IMG/VR virus record: IMGVR_UViG_3300032303_001862
Span: 1 to 28,276 of that record
Length of the DNA stretch: 28,276 nucleotides
Direction: 5' to 3' (one strand)
Origin: a virus
Lineage: Duplodnaviria; Caudoviricetes
A program made the translations under genes and the position numbers. Numbering within the stretch: the first letter of the stretch is position 1; each line of letters starts with the position of its first letter. The notes beneath the pieces were generated by a model, which saw only the letters and a program-made list of their open reading frames with translations, searched no databases and was not told the origin of the DNA. Of this stretch, positions 17,117 to 28,276 are shown one piece after another.

Positions 17117-17677
17117 ATGTACAACTTTATTAAACATATTACGCTAAATGAGGGCAAAACACCTAAAACACTGGTGCAGACCAAGTTGCCCTATGCCCGC
17201 GATGATTTAGAACCTAGTATTAGTGAAGATACTATCGACTACCATTATGGTAAGTTGTATAAAGCGTATGTTACCCGATTTAACAACGGCGAAGGCGATG
17301 CTGACTTTAATGAGGCGGGTGCGTTTTTACACGATATCTACTTTACACAATTTCAAAAACCCTCAAGATCAAATGATCCAGACGGCAGTGCCGGCGAGTT
17401 TATCATCAAGTACTACAAAACTTTTGACAAGTTCAAAGATGCTTTTCAAAAAGAAGCTATGGCTGTGCAAGGTAGCGGGTGGGTCTATTTGGCCCGAGAT
17501 GGCAAGATTAAAACTATTGCTAATCACGAAATTAAAATGGATATTGTACTCTTAATTGACTGGTGGGAGCATTCTTGGGCGTTAGATTATCAAGCTGACA
17601 AAAAAGGTTATCTGGCTAATCAATGGAAAATTATCAACTGGAACGTGATCAGTTCTAGAGTTGGTCTAGCGTCTTAA
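17117..17677 (+). CDS. Fe/Mn superoxide dismutase, divergent
   Basis: LPY..DDLEP.IS..TIDYHYGK, FLH, QGSGW and DWWEH: all four metal ligands (H, H, D, H) are present. Confidence 0.9.
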   Translation: MYNFIKHITLNEGKTPKTLVQTKLPYARDDLEPSISEDTIDYHYGKLYKAYVTRFNNGEGDADFNEAGAFLHDIYFTQFQKPSRSNDPDGSAGEFIIKYYKTFDKFKDAFQKEAMAVQGSGWVYLARDGKIKTIANHEIKMDIVLLIDWWEHSWALDYQADKKGYLANQWKIINWNVISSRVGLAS

Positions 17678-17942
17678 GACTGCTAACTGGCATATTCCAC
17701 ACGTTTCTTGCTTCAACACCCTTTTCCTGAGCAAACTTCTTAGCATCACAATCGCTACACACGTGATAGAAATTATTGTTTAATCGTTTGGGATCCATAG
17801 ATCCTTTATCTCGGTTAAACACTCCTTGACAACAATCACATCTAAACACCATAACTGTTTTTTTACGTTTATAGGTATGGGTAATACCACGGTTGCTGGT
17901 GCGTACATAGTGATTTTCTCTAAATTCAGTGCCAATTATCAT
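17655..17942 (-). CDS. small Cys-rich (zinc-finger-like) hypothetical protein
   Basis: FRCDCC...HVCSDC; a GTAAATA late-like box on the minus strand at 17948-17954 lies just upstream of the ATG. Confidence 0.7.
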   Translation of the reverse strand: MIIGTEFRENHYVRTSNRGITHTYKRKKTVMVFRCDCCQGVFNRDKGSMDPKRLNNNFYHVCSDCDAKKFAQEKGVEARNVWNMPVSSLKTLDQL

Positions 17943-17969
17943 ATAACTATTTACATTAAGATTATAAAA

Positions 17970-17998
17970 AGCCTTTGATAAATATCATATCGAGGGCT
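17970..17998 (+). promoter_or_regulatory. late promoter GATAAATA (17977-17984) within an RBS-sequestering hairpin
   Basis: AGCCTTTGATA (17970-80) pairs with TATCGAGGGCT (17988-98): 11 bp including two G-U pairs, covering the SD GAGG. Confidence 0.7.
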
Positions 17999-18001
17999 AT
18001 C

Positions 18002-18325
18002 ATGATCACCATTTCCGAGTCAGCAAAAACAAAAATCAAGGATCTTCTGTACGAAGAAGGAAATCCGCAACTAGCATTACGTACATTTGTACAAGGCGGT
18101 GGCTGTAGCGGCTTTAGCTACGGTTTTACCTTTGACGAAATAACTAACGAAGACGATTTTGAAATCCCCTTAGACGAATTTAGAGTACTCGTAGACAGTA
18201 TGAGTATGCAGTACCTCACCGGCGCTGAAATAGACTATAAAGAAGATGTTATGGGAAGCCAGTTCAGCATCAAAAATCCTAATGCACAAACAACATGCGG
18301 CTGCGGTAGCAGTTTCGGAGTTTAA
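18002..18325 (+). CDS. erpA: A-type Fe-S cluster carrier, ErpA/IscA (HesB family)
   Basis: [35 protein letters not shown] and [13 protein letters not shown]. The ATG at 18002 follows SD GAGG. Confidence 0.9.
   Translation: MITISESAKTKIKDLLYEEGNPQLALRTFVQGGGCSGFSYGFTFDEITNEDDFEIPLDEFRVLVDSMSMQYLTGAEIDYKEDVMGSQFSIKNPNAQTTCGCGSSFGV

Positions 18326-28276
<9,951 letters not shown>

Noticed and set aside
12279-18001. Track start codons at 12279, 15445 and 17975
   Set aside because: Better starts with SD sequences lie at 12309 (TTG), 15493 and 18002. The longer versions overlap promoters or upstream genes.

Overview
This window looks like part of a large T4-like (myovirus/jumbo-type) bacteriophage genome. 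It uses the standard genetic code, is densely coding and mostly on the + strand. It contains: host-like accessory genes (Bax inhibitor-1/YccA, ClpP, QueD-like, FmdB zinc ribbon, Fe/Mn SOD, ErpA/IscA); DNA repair genes (MBD4-like HhH glycosylase, ATP-dependent ligase, UvsE); a coupled five-gene radical SAM / 2OG-Fe(II) / SGNH cassette; a tail-fibre-like gene; and a giant virion protein of at least 3316 aa (18329 to beyond the window end) that the ORF track misses. Regulation is readable: four sigma70-type promoters and several T4-late-type (N)ATAAATA boxes, three of which sit in hairpins that hide the ribosome-binding site. The most striking observations are: (1) a six-deep nested (matryoshka) domain architecture in the giant protein; (2) phycobiliprotein-like helical repeats in the same protein; (3) a preQ1-I-like pseudoknot leader ahead of queD; (4) T4 capsid-targeting-like leaders, including a 12-aa minigene and possibly an encapsidated SOD. 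All family assignments come from motifs recognised by eye. No database searches were run.
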